DNA of 64,000 nucleotides from contig CASFCW010000031.1 of assembly GCA_949293165.1 (NCBI GenBank), forward strand, positions 2,168 through 66,167, given 5' to 3'. Shown here piece after piece: positions 1-9,158 of the stretch. The notes under the pieces are model-generated. The model did not search any database. It saw nothing but the letters and a program-made list of their open reading frames with translations, and was not told where the DNA came from. This stretch comes from an uncultured bacterium. Its GTDB lineage: Bacteria; Bacillota; Clostridia; Oscillospirales; Oscillospiraceae. The translations under genes and the position numbers were made by a program. How positions within the stretch are numbered: the first letter of the stretch is position 1; each line of letters starts with the position of its first letter.

Positions 1-670
1 TGTAGGGGATGTCGATCATGATCAGGGGGATGTTGCACATGCGGGCGATGTTCTCATACCACTTGGTCATGCAGTTGCAGATGTTGTTGCAGCACAGCAC
101 GAAGTCAGGCTGGGGCATCCGCATCTGGCGGTAAGGCTTGATGGCCTCACGGCGGAAGTTCTTGTAGGCGATTTCCTTCTCGGTGGTCTCGGGCAGCGCC
201 TCGATCTCATGGATATCATCCAGCACGGTGTAGGGCTGCATGGTCTTGGGATCTTTCTTGGGCTTGCCGGTCTCGGGATCAATAACCACCTTGCCGTTCT
301 CGTCCTTCAGGGGACGGCCGCTGGCGGGGTCGATGATGAACTCCAGGGTCTCGGGGTCAAACTTCCGGGACGCGCGCTTGCCGGCGGCATAGGCCAGGCT
401 GATGCGGGCGTAGCCGCAGATATCGTTGTCGAAGCCCAGATCCTCGGCGGCCTTACACATGATCTCGCCGTCCCGGTTGGCGGCGATGCCGGCAGCCTGG
501 TTCTCGGGGTACATCACGTTCAGATCAAAAGCCTCAGCCAGCTCACAAGGGAACTTGGAGCTGGACCAGCCCACCAGCTTGCCCTGCTTCTTGGCCTCAC
601 GGGCATCGGCATATACGTCCTCAACGACCTTGCGAAGCGCCAGGACGCCGGGACTCACAGTTTTTGCCAT
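1..670 (-). CDS. hgdA: 2-hydroxyglutaryl-CoA dehydratase alpha subunit (5' part; runs off window)
   Basis: Not in the ORF track; translated by hand from ATG at 670: MAKTVSPGVLALRKVVEDV...GWSSSKFPCELAE...PENQAAGIAANRDGE...DFVLCCNNICNCMTKWYE. Closely matches recalled Acidaminococcus HgdA. GGAGG RBS; lies directly downstream of hgdC. Confidence 0.93.
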   Translation of the reverse strand, partial: MAKTVSPGVLALRKVVEDVYADAREAKKQGKLVGWSSSKFPCELAEAFDLNVMYPENQAAGIAANRDGEIMCKAAEDLGFDNDICGYARISLAYAAGKRASRKFDPETLEFIIDPASGRPLKDENGKVVIDPETGKPKKDPKTMQPYTVLDDIHEIEALPETTEKEIAYKNFRREAIKPYRQMRMPQPDFVLCCNNICNCMTKWYENIARMCNIPLIMIDIPY

Positions 671-718
671 TGGTATTTCCTCCCTACTAAATTTGAAATG
701 GGGTTGAGGCAGACCGGA

Positions 719-1510
719 TCAGGCCTGCTGCTTCTGGTATCTCTGATAAGCGAACAGGGCCGCTCCCAGAGCGCCGTTATACTGCGTCAGAGGGGAAGTG
801 TGGATGGTATGACCCAGCTCCTCCTCCAGTGCCTTGACCACGCCGGAGTTTTGCGCCACGCCGCCGGTCATGACCACCAGGTCACGCACGCCCACCCGGT
901 GGGCCAGGCCGGCCACGCGGGCGGCCACGGAATGGTGGATACCGTTGATGATATCCCGCTTATCCGTCTCCTGGGCCAGCTGGCTGATAACCTCGCTCTC
1001 CGCAAAGACGGTGCAGGTAGAGCTGATGGCCACATTTTTGGTGGACTGAGCGCCCAGCATGCCCAGGTCCTCCACCTTTACCTCCAGCACCCGGGCCATC
1101 ACGTCCAGGAACCGGCCGGTACCGGCGGCGCACTTGTCGTTCATCACGAAGTTGGTCATCACGCCGTTTTCAATCTGGAGCACCTTCACGTCCTGGCCTC
1201 CGATGTCCACCACAGTGTGGACGCCGGGGAACAGGAAGCTGGCGCCCTTGGCATGGCAGCTCAGCTCACTCATCTGGTGGTCGGCGATGTTTTCCAGGGA
1301 GTTGCGGCCGTAGCCGGTGGCCAGCACATAGGCCATGTCCTCCTTGGTCTTTCCCACGCTCTCCAGTACCTGGGAGATGGCCCGCTGGGGCCCGCTGGTA
1401 CCCGCGCCCACCGCCACCAGGGACTTGCTGACGATCTCTTTGCCGTCGGCCAGCATGACGCACTTGGACGCGGTGGAGCCGATATCAATGCCTAAGGTAA
1501 AAATACTCAT
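719..1510 (-). CDS. hgdC: 2-hydroxyglutaryl-CoA dehydratase activator (component A, ASKHA ATPase with [4Fe-4S])
   Basis: [52 protein letters not shown] and GGVAQN motifs; operon context. Confidence 0.95.
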   Translation of the reverse strand: MSIFTLGIDIGSTASKCVMLADGKEIVSKSLVAVGAGTSGPQRAISQVLESVGKTKEDMAYVLATGYGRNSLENIADHQMSELSCHAKGASFLFPGVHTVVDIGGQDVKVLQIENGVMTNFVMNDKCAAGTGRFLDVMARVLEVKVEDLGMLGAQSTKNVAISSTCTVFAESEVISQLAQETDKRDIINGIHHSVAARVAGLAHRVGVRDLVVMTGGVAQNSGVVKALEEELGHTIHTSPLTQYNGALGAALFAYQRYQKQQA

Positions 1511-1550
1511 ACGTTACGTTTCTCCGTCCATGGTCAATCTAGTTGGTAAG

Positions 1551-1581
1551 CCGGGCGCGTGGAGTGGCTCCCCGCGCCCGG
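1551..1581. repeat. Intercistronic GC-rich hairpin between gcdA and hgdC
   Basis: ccgggcgcg(t)ggag-tgg-ctcc(c)cgcgcccgg inverted repeat with no U-tract on the coding strand. Confidence 0.6.
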
Positions 1582-1598
1582 ATCACACAGCGTTATGT

Positions 1599-3362
1599 TT
1601 ACTTCTTGAAGGTGTCGAAATCCCGGATGGTGCGGGGCAGGAGCATCTGATGGAAGGGGCAGATGGACTCGGGATTCTGGTAGCATGCGTCAGCGAAGGC
1701 CACCATGTAGTTGCGCATCATGGGCATATCCACAACCTCGTCCACCAGGCCGGCCTTGGCGCAGAAGAAGGGCTTGGACTTGTGGTCGTAGTCGTCGATC
1801 AGCGCGTTCATCTTGTCGATGGTGGGCTGCAGATCCTTGCCAGCCTTCTGATCCTTGGCCAGGCGGCCGGTGTACATGGCGTTGGCAGCGGTCTTGCCGT
1901 TCATGACGTTGATCTCAGTGGCGGCAGTGCCCAGAGAGAAGGCGTTGTTGTCGTTGCCCTGAGGCCCGCCCAGCACGTAGTGGGCAGCGGCGGTGCCGCG
2001 GCGCAGGGTGATCTCCATCATGGGCAGGTTGCTGCTCTGGATGGAGTAGATCAGGGACTGGCCCAGGCCCAGCAGCTCGGCGACCTCGGCGTCATCGCCC
2101 ACGTCGATGCCGGTGGTATCCTGAATCCACACCATGGGGATGCGGTCACGGGCGCAGAGGGTGACAAACTCGTTCATCTTAATCAGGCCCTGGCGATACA
2201 GCTTGCCGCCGGCGCCCATGGACTGGCCGTACTTCTCCACCTTGTACTCAGGGTAGTTGGGGAACACGCCCTGCTGGTTGGCCACAACACCCACCAGAAG
2301 GCCGTCCAGCTTGGCCAGGCCGGTAATCATCTCGGGGCCGTAGCCCTTCTTGTACTCCATGAACTGGCTGCCGTCGAACAGGCGGCCCAGGACGGAATAC
2401 ATGTCGTAGGGACGGTTCTTGTTGTTCAGCACCAGGTCGTACAGCTCCACGTCGGACATGGCGGGAGACTGGGGCACGTCCACACGGAAGAACTCCAGGT
2501 CGTAGCTGGGCAGCATATCCACATACTTCTTAATGCCCTCGATGACGCCCTCCTGGGTGGTGTACACCTCACGGAAGAAGCCGGTCTGGCCGAAGTGGAT
2601 GGAGACAGATCCGGGAGGATCGGCCCGCAGGCCCTTGGTGGCCTCGATCTGGGCCAGAGCGGCCTCCATGTCCACATGGGGCTTGGGATTCATGCCGCCC
2701 ACGATGCCGGCGCCGCCCACGGCCATGTTGGCCTTCTCATGGGCAACCAGGATGGTGGGGCTGATGGAGTGATAGCCGCCGCCGGCGGGGTTGGTGCCGT
2801 GGATGCCCACGATAACGGGGATGCCCATCTGGTTGAGCTCGGAGTTGCGATAGAAGGGGGTGCCGCCGCCGCGACGGTTGGGGTACACCTTCTCCTGCTG
2901 GTCCAGCTCCACGCCGGCGCACTCCAGCAGATAGATCAGGGGGATACGCAGCCGCTTGGCGGTGTCGCTGCCCCGGAGCAGGTTGTCAGCCTGGCCGGGC
3001 ACCCAGGTGCCGGCGTGCTTCTTGTTATCGGAAGCGATGATGACGCACCACTTGCCGTTGACGCGGCCCAGGCCCTTGATGACGGAGGTGGAGCCGGTCT
3101 TGTTGTCCTGGGGATTGTACAGGCTGTTCAGGGGGCACCAGGTGCCGGGATCGACCAGCAGGGACACGCGCTGCATGGCGGTCAGCTGGCCCTTGGCGTT
3201 CATATCCTCGTCCTTCTTGCCGTTGGACAGGGCGTCGACGATCTTGGTGTGGATGTCCTCCTCCACGGCCTTCAGCTCAGCCACGTTCTCGGGGTTGGGG
3301 CGGACGGCCTTGCCCACGGTGGGCATGTTCTGGAAGTATCGGGGCATAGAATAGTTACCCAA
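1599..3362 (-). CDS. gcdA: Glutaconyl-CoA decarboxylase alpha (carboxyltransferase) subunit
   Basis: 587 aa; MGNYSMPRYFQNMP start, YPNRRGGGTPF, GTNPAGGGYHSISP and ICPFHQMLLPR match recalled GcdA. Confidence 0.95.
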   Translation of the reverse strand: MGNYSMPRYFQNMPTVGKAVRPNPENVAELKAVEEDIHTKIVDALSNGKKDEDMNAKGQLTAMQRVSLLVDPGTWCPLNSLYNPQDNKTGSTSVIKGLGRVNGKWCVIIASDNKKHAGTWVPGQADNLLRGSDTAKRLRIPLIYLLECAGVELDQQEKVYPNRRGGGTPFYRNSELNQMGIPVIVGIHGTNPAGGGYHSISPTILVAHEKANMAVGGAGIVGGMNPKPHVDMEAALAQIEATKGLRADPPGSVSIHFGQTGFFREVYTTQEGVIEGIKKYVDMLPSYDLEFFRVDVPQSPAMSDVELYDLVLNNKNRPYDMYSVLGRLFDGSQFMEYKKGYGPEMITGLAKLDGLLVGVVANQQGVFPNYPEYKVEKYGQSMGAGGKLYRQGLIKMNEFVTLCARDRIPMVWIQDTTGIDVGDDAEVAELLGLGQSLIYSIQSSNLPMMEITLRRGTAAAHYVLGGPQGNDNNAFSLGTAATEINVMNGKTAANAMYTGRLAKDQKAGKDLQPTIDKMNALIDDYDHKSKPFFCAKAGLVDEVVDMPMMRNYMVAFADACYQNPESICPFHQMLLPRTIRDFDTFKK

Positions 3363-3401
3363 TGTAAACTCCTCCTTACTAATTTGTCACAGCTTCCACG
3401 G

Positions 3402-3433
3402 CGCCTCCTCCCGCACCGGTGCGGGAGGAGGCG
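3402..3433. repeat. Perfect 32-bp palindrome between gctB and gcdA, nested in an outer tcacagc/gctgtga inverted repeat (3387-3463)
   Basis: cgcctcctcccgcacc|ggtgcgggaggaggcg read directly from the sequence. Confidence 0.8.
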
Positions 3434-3474
3434 GGGGCCGTCGGCCCCGTCCGCGGGCTGTGAATTGGTCTTTT

Positions 3475-4278
3475 TTACGCCTTGGGAACCTTGATGAAGG
3501 CCTGGCCGGGGTCGATCTCCTCCCGGATGAGCTTGATGATGTCGGGGCCGGGGCCTTCCATCAGCTGGGCGCGGGACACGTCCACCTCAAACCCGGTGTT
3601 CTCCTGAACCATCTCGGGGCTGGAGAACGGATAGTAATAGGCCAGGTACATCCGCTTGGTCTCTTCGTCAAACTTCATGATGCCCAGGTCAGTAACCACC
3701 ATCTGGGGGCCGCGGTTGCCGGGCAGGCCCACCTTCTCACGGCCGCCGGGGCCGTCCATCCAGCCGCAGGAGGTGATGTAGTCGATTTTCTCCATGAAGC
3801 GGCGCTTCTGGTGCTGCATCATGATGATGGTGTTGCAGTAGGTGGCGATGCCGTTGGCGCCGCCGGAACCGGTGAACCGGGTCTGGGGCTTGACATAGTC
3901 GCCCTTGCCGTAGATGCAGGTGGAGTTCACGTTGCCGTAGGGGTCGATCTGGGCGCCGCCGATGAAGGCCACCAGACGGTCGGCATCGTGGAGCCACTCA
4001 TTGGCCTCAAAGCCGATGAAGCGGACGTTGGGCCACTGCACGGCGCAGTGGGCCATGAAGCGGTTGTCACCCACGGAGCGGGGCACCTCCACAGGGGAGC
4101 AGTCCATCAGGCCGCTCTCCACGATGGGATGGCAGGAGGGGCAAACAGCCCGCTTGGCCAGGGAAGCGCCGATCAGGGGAAGGCCGGTGCCCACGATAAC
4201 GATCTGGTTCTCCTTGATGTTTTTAGCGATGGCGTAAGCCTGCATCTCCTGCTTGGTGTAATTCGTATAATCAGCCAT
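3475..4278 (-). CDS. gctB: Glutaconate CoA-transferase beta subunit
   Basis: Start MADYTNYT at 4278 with RBS; VGTGLPLIGA, IVESG (catalytic Glu), GGAQIDPYGN, TGSGGANGIAT. Confidence 0.95.
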   Translation of the reverse strand: MADYTNYTKQEMQAYAIAKNIKENQIVIVGTGLPLIGASLAKRAVCPSCHPIVESGLMDCSPVEVPRSVGDNRFMAHCAVQWPNVRFIGFEANEWLHDADRLVAFIGGAQIDPYGNVNSTCIYGKGDYVKPQTRFTGSGGANGIATYCNTIIMMQHQKRRFMEKIDYITSCGWMDGPGGREKVGLPGNRGPQMVVTDLGIMKFDEETKRMYLAYYYPFSSPEMVQENTGFEVDVSRAQLMEGPGPDIIKLIREEIDPGQAFIKVPKA

Positions 4279-4298
4279 TGTTATGTACCTCCCAACTC

Positions 4299-5396
4299 TT
4301 AGTGTCTGGTGGAATAACCCAGATGGGGCTCGTTCTTCAGCCGCATCAGCTGGGCACCGCCCACCTTGTCCAGCAGCTCGTCGTGATCCTTCACGCTGTA
4401 GACCCACTTCTCGAGGTAATCCTGGAAGGTCTCGGGGATGGCAACACCGGCAGCGGCGTCGTCAGCAGCCTTCTTGGCCTTGGCGGCAGCCTCGGCCAGC
4501 TTGGCGTCCTCGGGCTTGGCGGCGGCGGCCTTCTCGGCCTTGGCGGCAGCCTTGGCCAGCTGGGCCTTGGCGTCCTCGGCGTCCTGATACTTGGAGGCCT
4601 TGTCGTACTCCTTCAGGGCGTGGGAGTCGTTGTCATAGTAGTTGTAGCACTGGGAAGGCCAGGCGCCGTAGGGGCAGTGGACCACAGCGTCCACGCACTG
4701 GCCGAAGATCCGGGTCAGAGTGGGATCGCGGCGGATGTACTCATCGCTGACCAGATCCTCGCAGGTGACAATCACTTTGCGGGCGGCCACGGCGATGTCA
4801 ACATCGTGGAACTCATCGCCCTCGATGATGCAGGTGCCGTCGGGAGAGGCCTTCTGCACATGGATGATGGCGGTGTCCAGCTTGGGCACAGGCACGGCCA
4901 CGACCTTCTCGCCGGGATTGAAGGGGTTGTCGACCTCCACGCACTTCAGGTCGTCCACCTTGTCCAGGGTCTTGCGCTGCTCCTCGCTGATGCCCCAATA
5001 CTTCATCAGGCCGGAGCCCTGCATCAGGCGCACAGGCAGGAAGGGCAGGCCCAGGGAAGCGGCGTGCAGCTGCAGCATGAGCACGTCCTGGGAATAGTCC
5101 TCATAGGTCAGCTCACCCTTCTCGATGGCGGCGCGGAAGCGGCGGGAGACGTTGGTGTAGCCGGAGTTGGCGGTGTAGCAGTTGATGTAGGCCTTCACCC
5201 GCTTCTCGCCGATGAGCATATCCCAGTCGCCGCCGGCGGGGCCGGCCCAAACGGTGAAGTCCTTCTGGCCCTGGCGGAGGATCTCATAGACCGCCGCGTA
5301 GGGCTTGCGGTTGGTGGTGAAGCCGCCGAAGGAGATGCAGTCTCCATTCTCTACGAACTTGGCCACCGCGTCGTGCAAGGTGTAAACTTTGTTCAT
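4299..5396 (-). CDS. gctA: Glutaconate CoA-transferase alpha subunit, with an Ala/Lys-rich insertion near the C-terminus
   Basis: Start MNKV at 5396; SFGGFTTNRKPYA, GPAGGDWDMLIG, NCYTANSG, EDYSQD, PYGAWPSQCY. Confidence 0.94.
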   Translation of the reverse strand: MNKVYTLHDAVAKFVENGDCISFGGFTTNRKPYAAVYEILRQGQKDFTVWAGPAGGDWDMLIGEKRVKAYINCYTANSGYTNVSRRFRAAIEKGELTYEDYSQDVLMLQLHAASLGLPFLPVRLMQGSGLMKYWGISEEQRKTLDKVDDLKCVEVDNPFNPGEKVVAVPVPKLDTAIIHVQKASPDGTCIIEGDEFHDVDIAVAARKVIVTCEDLVSDEYIRRDPTLTRIFGQCVDAVVHCPYGAWPSQCYNYYDNDSHALKEYDKASKYQDAEDAKAQLAKAAAKAEKAAAAKPEDAKLAEAAAKAKKAADDAAAGVAIPETFQDYLEKWVYSVKDHDELLDKVGGAQLMRLKNEPHLGYSTRH

Positions 5397-5499
5397 GTTA
5401 AAAACCCCCATTACGCATTTCTATCTTGATGGTTTGGTCCTGCTTGTTGTGGGGAGGGCCGAGGCCCGCACCATGGGCGCCAGCCTTCCATCGTCTGCC

Positions 5500-5528
5500 A
5501 GTGTATCACAACATCTGCAAAAGGTCTT
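5500..5528 (-). promoter_or_regulatory. Probable gct operon promoter: extended -10 (TGaTACACT) with weak -35 (AAGACC)
   Basis: -10 at 5505-5500 and 17-bp spacer. The poor -35 would fit activator dependence (inference). Confidence 0.45.
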
Positions 5529-5548
5529 TGGGGAATTTGGCAAAAAGT

Positions 5549-5577
5549 TTGCACATATTCGCTTCCCATGCTATAAT
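5549..5577 (+). promoter_or_regulatory. Sigma-A promoter of the AraC regulator gene
   Basis: TTGCAC-17bp-TATAAT with TGn extension. Confidence 0.7.
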
Positions 5578-5664
5578 ACCATAGACGAGAGATTTACACA
5601 AGCATTTCCCGTGCGTTTTGCACGAAAAAAACCTCTCCCATGCGTTCTTCAGGAGGTCTGTCCT

Positions 5665-6504
5665 ATGAATCAGGTGGATTTTCATCTCCAGCTTAACCAC
5701 AATGACACCTGGAGCATGAGCCGGCTGCATTTTCATGATTATTACGAGCTTCTGCTCCCCCTCACCAGCCCGGGAAACATCTTTGTCAACGACCAGGTCT
5801 ACCCGCTCCGCCGGGGGACGCTGTACCTCATCGGGGAAAATACCCTCCACCGCACCATGGCCAGCGGCTTCCACGCCCGCTATGTTCTGCACATCAGCCG
5901 CCCCGCCCTGTCGGAGCTGTCCACGCCCCAGACCGATTTTCTCCAGTTCACCAAGCAGAGCTTCCTCCGCTCTGAGATGAACAATGAGCAGATGATCGCC
6001 CTGATTGAGCATTTCCAGGCGCTGGAGCGGAACAAGAACGACGGCAGCTTCGGCAGCGATATCCGCCAGACCATGTCCCTGCTGGAGCTGCTGATGCAGG
6101 TGGCCCCCATCCTCAACGTGGCCACCGCCGGCGAGGCTGTGCCCAACAAGGATTTCCTCCGGGTGGCCCCCATCCTGGACTACATCCGGGACAACCTGTC
6201 CGAGCCCCTCAGCCTGGACCAGATTGCCAGCCAGTTCTTCCTCAGCAAGCACTACCTCTGCCGGATCTTCAAATCCGCCACCGGCTTTTCCGTGATGGAG
6301 TACATCATCTACAGCCGGGTGCTGAGAGCCCGCCAGCTGCTGAAGGAGGGGGTCAGCGTCCAGCAGGCGGGGGAGATGTCCGGCTTTGCGGACAACTCCC
6401 ACTTCATCCGAACCTTCGGCCACCTCACCGGCACCTCCCCCGGGCGGTACGCCCGGGAATACCTGCGCCAGGACCAGGTGCTGCTGGCGCAGAACAAAAG
6501 CTGA
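5665..6504 (+). CDS. AraC/XylS family transcriptional regulator (cupin + HTH)
   Basis: AGGAGG RBS and ATG at 5665; LHFHDYYELL cupin motif; C-terminal HTH with SKHYLCRIFK...TG and GFADNSHFIRTF...PGRY. Confidence 0.92.
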   Translation: MNQVDFHLQLNHNDTWSMSRLHFHDYYELLLPLTSPGNIFVNDQVYPLRRGTLYLIGENTLHRTMASGFHARYVLHISRPALSELSTPQTDFLQFTKQSFLRSEMNNEQMIALIEHFQALERNKNDGSFGSDIRQTMSLLELLMQVAPILNVATAGEAVPNKDFLRVAPILDYIRDNLSEPLSLDQIASQFFLSKHYLCRIFKSATGFSVMEYIIYSRVLRARQLLKEGVSVQQAGEMSGFADNSHFIRTFGHLTGTSPGRYAREYLRQDQVLLAQNKS

Positions 6505-6509
6505 ATTTC

Positions 6510-6557
6510 CGCAAAATAAGGCCCGCCATCCGTTCAGATGGCGGGCCTTATTTTGCG
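6510..6557. terminator. Bidirectional intrinsic terminator between the AraC gene and tyrS
   Basis: 21-bp inverted repeat cgcaaaataaggcccgccatc / gatggcgggccttattttgcg between convergent genes. Confidence 0.85.
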
Positions 6558-6565
6558 TCGTATGG

Positions 6566-7749
6566 TTACATCTGCACCCGATGGAACACCTTTTTGCCCT
6601 TTTTCAGCATCAGGCCTTCCCCCTGGAAATCGGCGGCGGTGTAGGACACCGTGGCGGCAGCCACCTTCTCGCCGTTGGCCTCCACGCCGCCCTGCTCCAC
6701 CAGGCGGCGGGCCTCCTTCTTGGAGGGGGCCAGCTTGCACTTGACCATCAAATCCAGAATACCGATGGCCCCGTCGGTGAGGTCGTCCTGGGTCAGGGTG
6801 GTGGCGGGCACGTTGGACATGTCGCCGCCGCCCACAAACAGGGCCTTGGCGGCAGCCTGGGCCTTCTCCGCCTCCTCCTGGCCGTGCACCAGCTTGGTCA
6901 GCTCGTAGGCCAGGATCTCCTTGGCGGTGTTCAGCTGGCTGCCCTCCCACCTGTCCATCTCGTCAATCTGCTCCAGAGGCAGGAAGGTGAGCATCCGCAG
7001 GCACTTGAGCACGTCGTCATCCCCCACGTTGCGCCAATACTGGTAGAACTCATAGGGGCTGGTCTTGTTGGGGTCCAGCCACACGGCGCCCTTGGCGGTC
7101 TTGCCCATCTTCTTGCCCTCGGAGTTGAGCAGCAGGGTGATGGTCATGGCGTGGGCGTCCTTGCCCAGCTTCCGGCGGATCAGCTCGGTGCCGCCCAGCA
7201 TGTTGCTCCACTGGTCGTCGCCGCCGAACTGCATGTTGCAGCCGTAGTGCTGGAAGAGGTAGTAGAAGTCGTAGGACTGCATAATCATGTAGTTAAACTC
7301 CAGGAAGCTCAGCCCCTTCTCCATCCGCTGCTCATAGCACTTGGCCCGGAGCATGTTGTTCACGGAGAAGCAGGCGCCCACGTCCCGCAGCACCTCGATA
7401 TAGTTCAGCTTCATCAGCCAGTCGGCGTTGTTGAGCATCATGGCCTTGCCCTCGCCGAACTCGATGAACCGCTCCATCTGCTTTTTGAAGCACGCATATC
7501 CGTCCGGCCGGAGGGGTCGCCCACCATGCCGGTGCCGCCGCCGATGAGAGCGATGGGCCGGTTGCCCGCCATCTGCAGGCGCTTCATCAGGCACAGGGCC
7601 ATAAAGTGCCCCACGTGGAGGGAATCGGCGGTGGGGTCAAAGCCGATGTAGAACACCGCCTTGCCCTCGTTAATCATCTTGGAGATTTCCTCCTCGTTGG
7701 TCACCTGGGCAATCAGGCCCCGGGCCTTCAATTCTTCATAACAGGTCAT
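6566..7749 (-). pseudogene. tyrS: Tyrosine--tRNA ligase, frame broken by an internal deletion at 7493/7492 (apparent pseudogene, possibly an assembly artefact)
   Basis: N-part carries [15 protein letters not shown] (HIGH) and [10 protein letters not shown]. The C-part is in another frame and carries CFKKQM, GGDDQW, KMGKT and the S4 domain. About 13-14 codons are missing relative to typical ~408-aa homologues. Confidence 0.88.
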
Positions 7750-8606
7750 TTTGCAAGCTCTCCTTTTTCTTCTGAATGTGGTTGCCGTATTTGCATCAGG
7801 TTATAGCCCACCACGCCGATAATCACAATGGCGGCGCCCACCAGGGCGTAGGGCCCCACCGTCTCCCGGTAGAACAGGGCCACCAGGATGGGGTTGAGAA
7901 TGGGCTCGATACCGGAAATCAGGCAGGCGGTCACCGGCGGGGTCACCGCCAGGCCGGCGGTCAGCAGGATATAGGCCAGGGCCACCTGGAACACGCCCAG
8001 CACCACCAGGCTGATGATGGCCTCCCGGGGGAACTGCGTCTCCTGAAACAGGAATGGCAGCCCGGTCACCGCGCAGATCAGGTCCCCCCAGAACACGGAG
8101 GAGATGGCGTCGCTGTCCGGCATCTCCCGCATCAGGAACACGCCGGCATAGGCCACCCCCGACAGCAGCGCCACCAGGTCGCCCAGGGTATTGCCCATCT
8201 CCAGGCTGTCCACAAAGCAGAAGATAATCCCTCCAAACACCACCGCGCAGGCGATGTAATCCACCTTCCCCGGCCTTTTGTGGAGGAACAGGGCGGAAAA
8301 CAGCAGCACAAAAACCGGGGCGGTAAATTGCAGGATGATGGCATTTGCCGCCGTGGTCATCTTGTTGGCGATGGCATACAGGGCATGGGCGCCGAAAATG
8401 CACAAAGCCCCAAGGAAAATCCAGCGGTTCAACCGGACCGGGTGTTTGATGATGAGCAGGTATAGTCCCACCACCACCACGGCGATGGCTGTGCGGCCGC
8501 CGTTAATGGACATGCCGCTCCAGGGAATCACCTTCATGCACAGTCCGCCGATGCTGTACAGCACAGCCGAGATGGCAACCATTATGGTGCCCGTCCTTCT
8601 TGTCAC
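7746..8606 (-). CDS. EamA/DMT family transporter (10 TM), stop codon overlaps tyrS start
   Basis: Two EamA repeats, [17 protein letters not shown] and [11 protein letters not shown] motifs; GTG start with RBS; ATGA overlap with tyrS. Confidence 0.88.
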   Translation of the reverse strand: MTRRTGTIMVAISAVLYSIGGLCMKVIPWSGMSINGGRTAIAVVVVGLYLLIIKHPVRLNRWIFLGALCIFGAHALYAIANKMTTAANAIILQFTAPVFVLLFSALFLHKRPGKVDYIACAVVFGGIIFCFVDSLEMGNTLGDLVALLSGVAYAGVFLMREMPDSDAISSVFWGDLICAVTGLPFLFQETQFPREAIISLVVLGVFQVALAYILLTAGLAVTPPVTACLISGIEPILNPILVALFYRETVGPYALVGAAIVIIGVVGYNLMQIRQPHSEEKGELAK

Positions 8607-8631
8607 ACTGCCGCCCCCTTCTCAATCATGC

Positions 8632-8899
8632 AAAACGCCCCCTGCCCGGCATCACCGGACAGAGGGCATAAACATGCGGTACCACCTCTGGTTCGCGGCC
8701 GCCTCACGGCGGACGCCTCATGGAGTGCATCCACTCCGGCGCGGTAACGGGCGCTCCCGACCTGTCCCCTACTGGGCCATGGGCCGTTCAGGCGGCTGCT
8801 CCAAGGTGTATTCGTCCGACGCTCCTCTCCCCCATCACACCGGCCTGGGGGCTCTCTTGGCAGGAAAGCGGCGGCTTACTTCTCCTCTTCCTCACAGTA
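8632..8899 (-). ncRNA. T-box riboswitch with Tyr specifier (UAC)
   Basis: Stem I AG box AGAGA and GGTG motif; specifier GAA-TAC-A at 8810-8808; T-box AACCAGAGGTGGTACCGC at 8693-8676; terminator gccctctgtccgg/ccgggcagggggc plus TTTT at 8667-8632. Confidence 0.9.
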
Positions 8900-8905
8900 T
8901 TGTTG

Positions 8906-8934
8906 ACTGTATCACAGCTTTTTCCCTTTGTCAA
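8906..8934 (-). promoter_or_regulatory. Sigma-A promoter of the T-box/eamA/tyrS unit
   Basis: TTGACA-17bp-TACAGT with TGn extension. Confidence 0.75.
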
Positions 8935-9103
8935 CGGGTGGCGGAGAAAATTCTCCCGTCACATTCCCCCGCCTGTAAGGGAGGCCAGCCTGACCGCCCG
9001 GGATTTTGTCGCCATCTCCAGGACGTGGACGCGTGCATTCTCCACGACATCCTCTACCAGGGGCGGCGCCATCAAAACCGGCTGCCGCCCCTGCTGGAGG
9101 GAT

Positions 9104-9145
9104 AAAAACCGCCGCCGGAACGGTCAGACCGTTCCGGCGGCGGTT
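9104..9145 (-). terminator. Intrinsic terminator of the clp gene
   Basis: 19-bp arms aaccgccgccggaacggtc / gaccgttccggcggcggtt, with a T-run on the minus strand. Confidence 0.75.
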
Positions 9146-9158
9146 GGGATTTGGATGG

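Noticed and set aside
7438-7594. Programmed ribosomal frameshift in tyrS, and likewise in metK
   Set aside because: Conserved residues are physically missing at both junctions, so frameshifting could not restore a full protein; no slippery heptamer at the joins.
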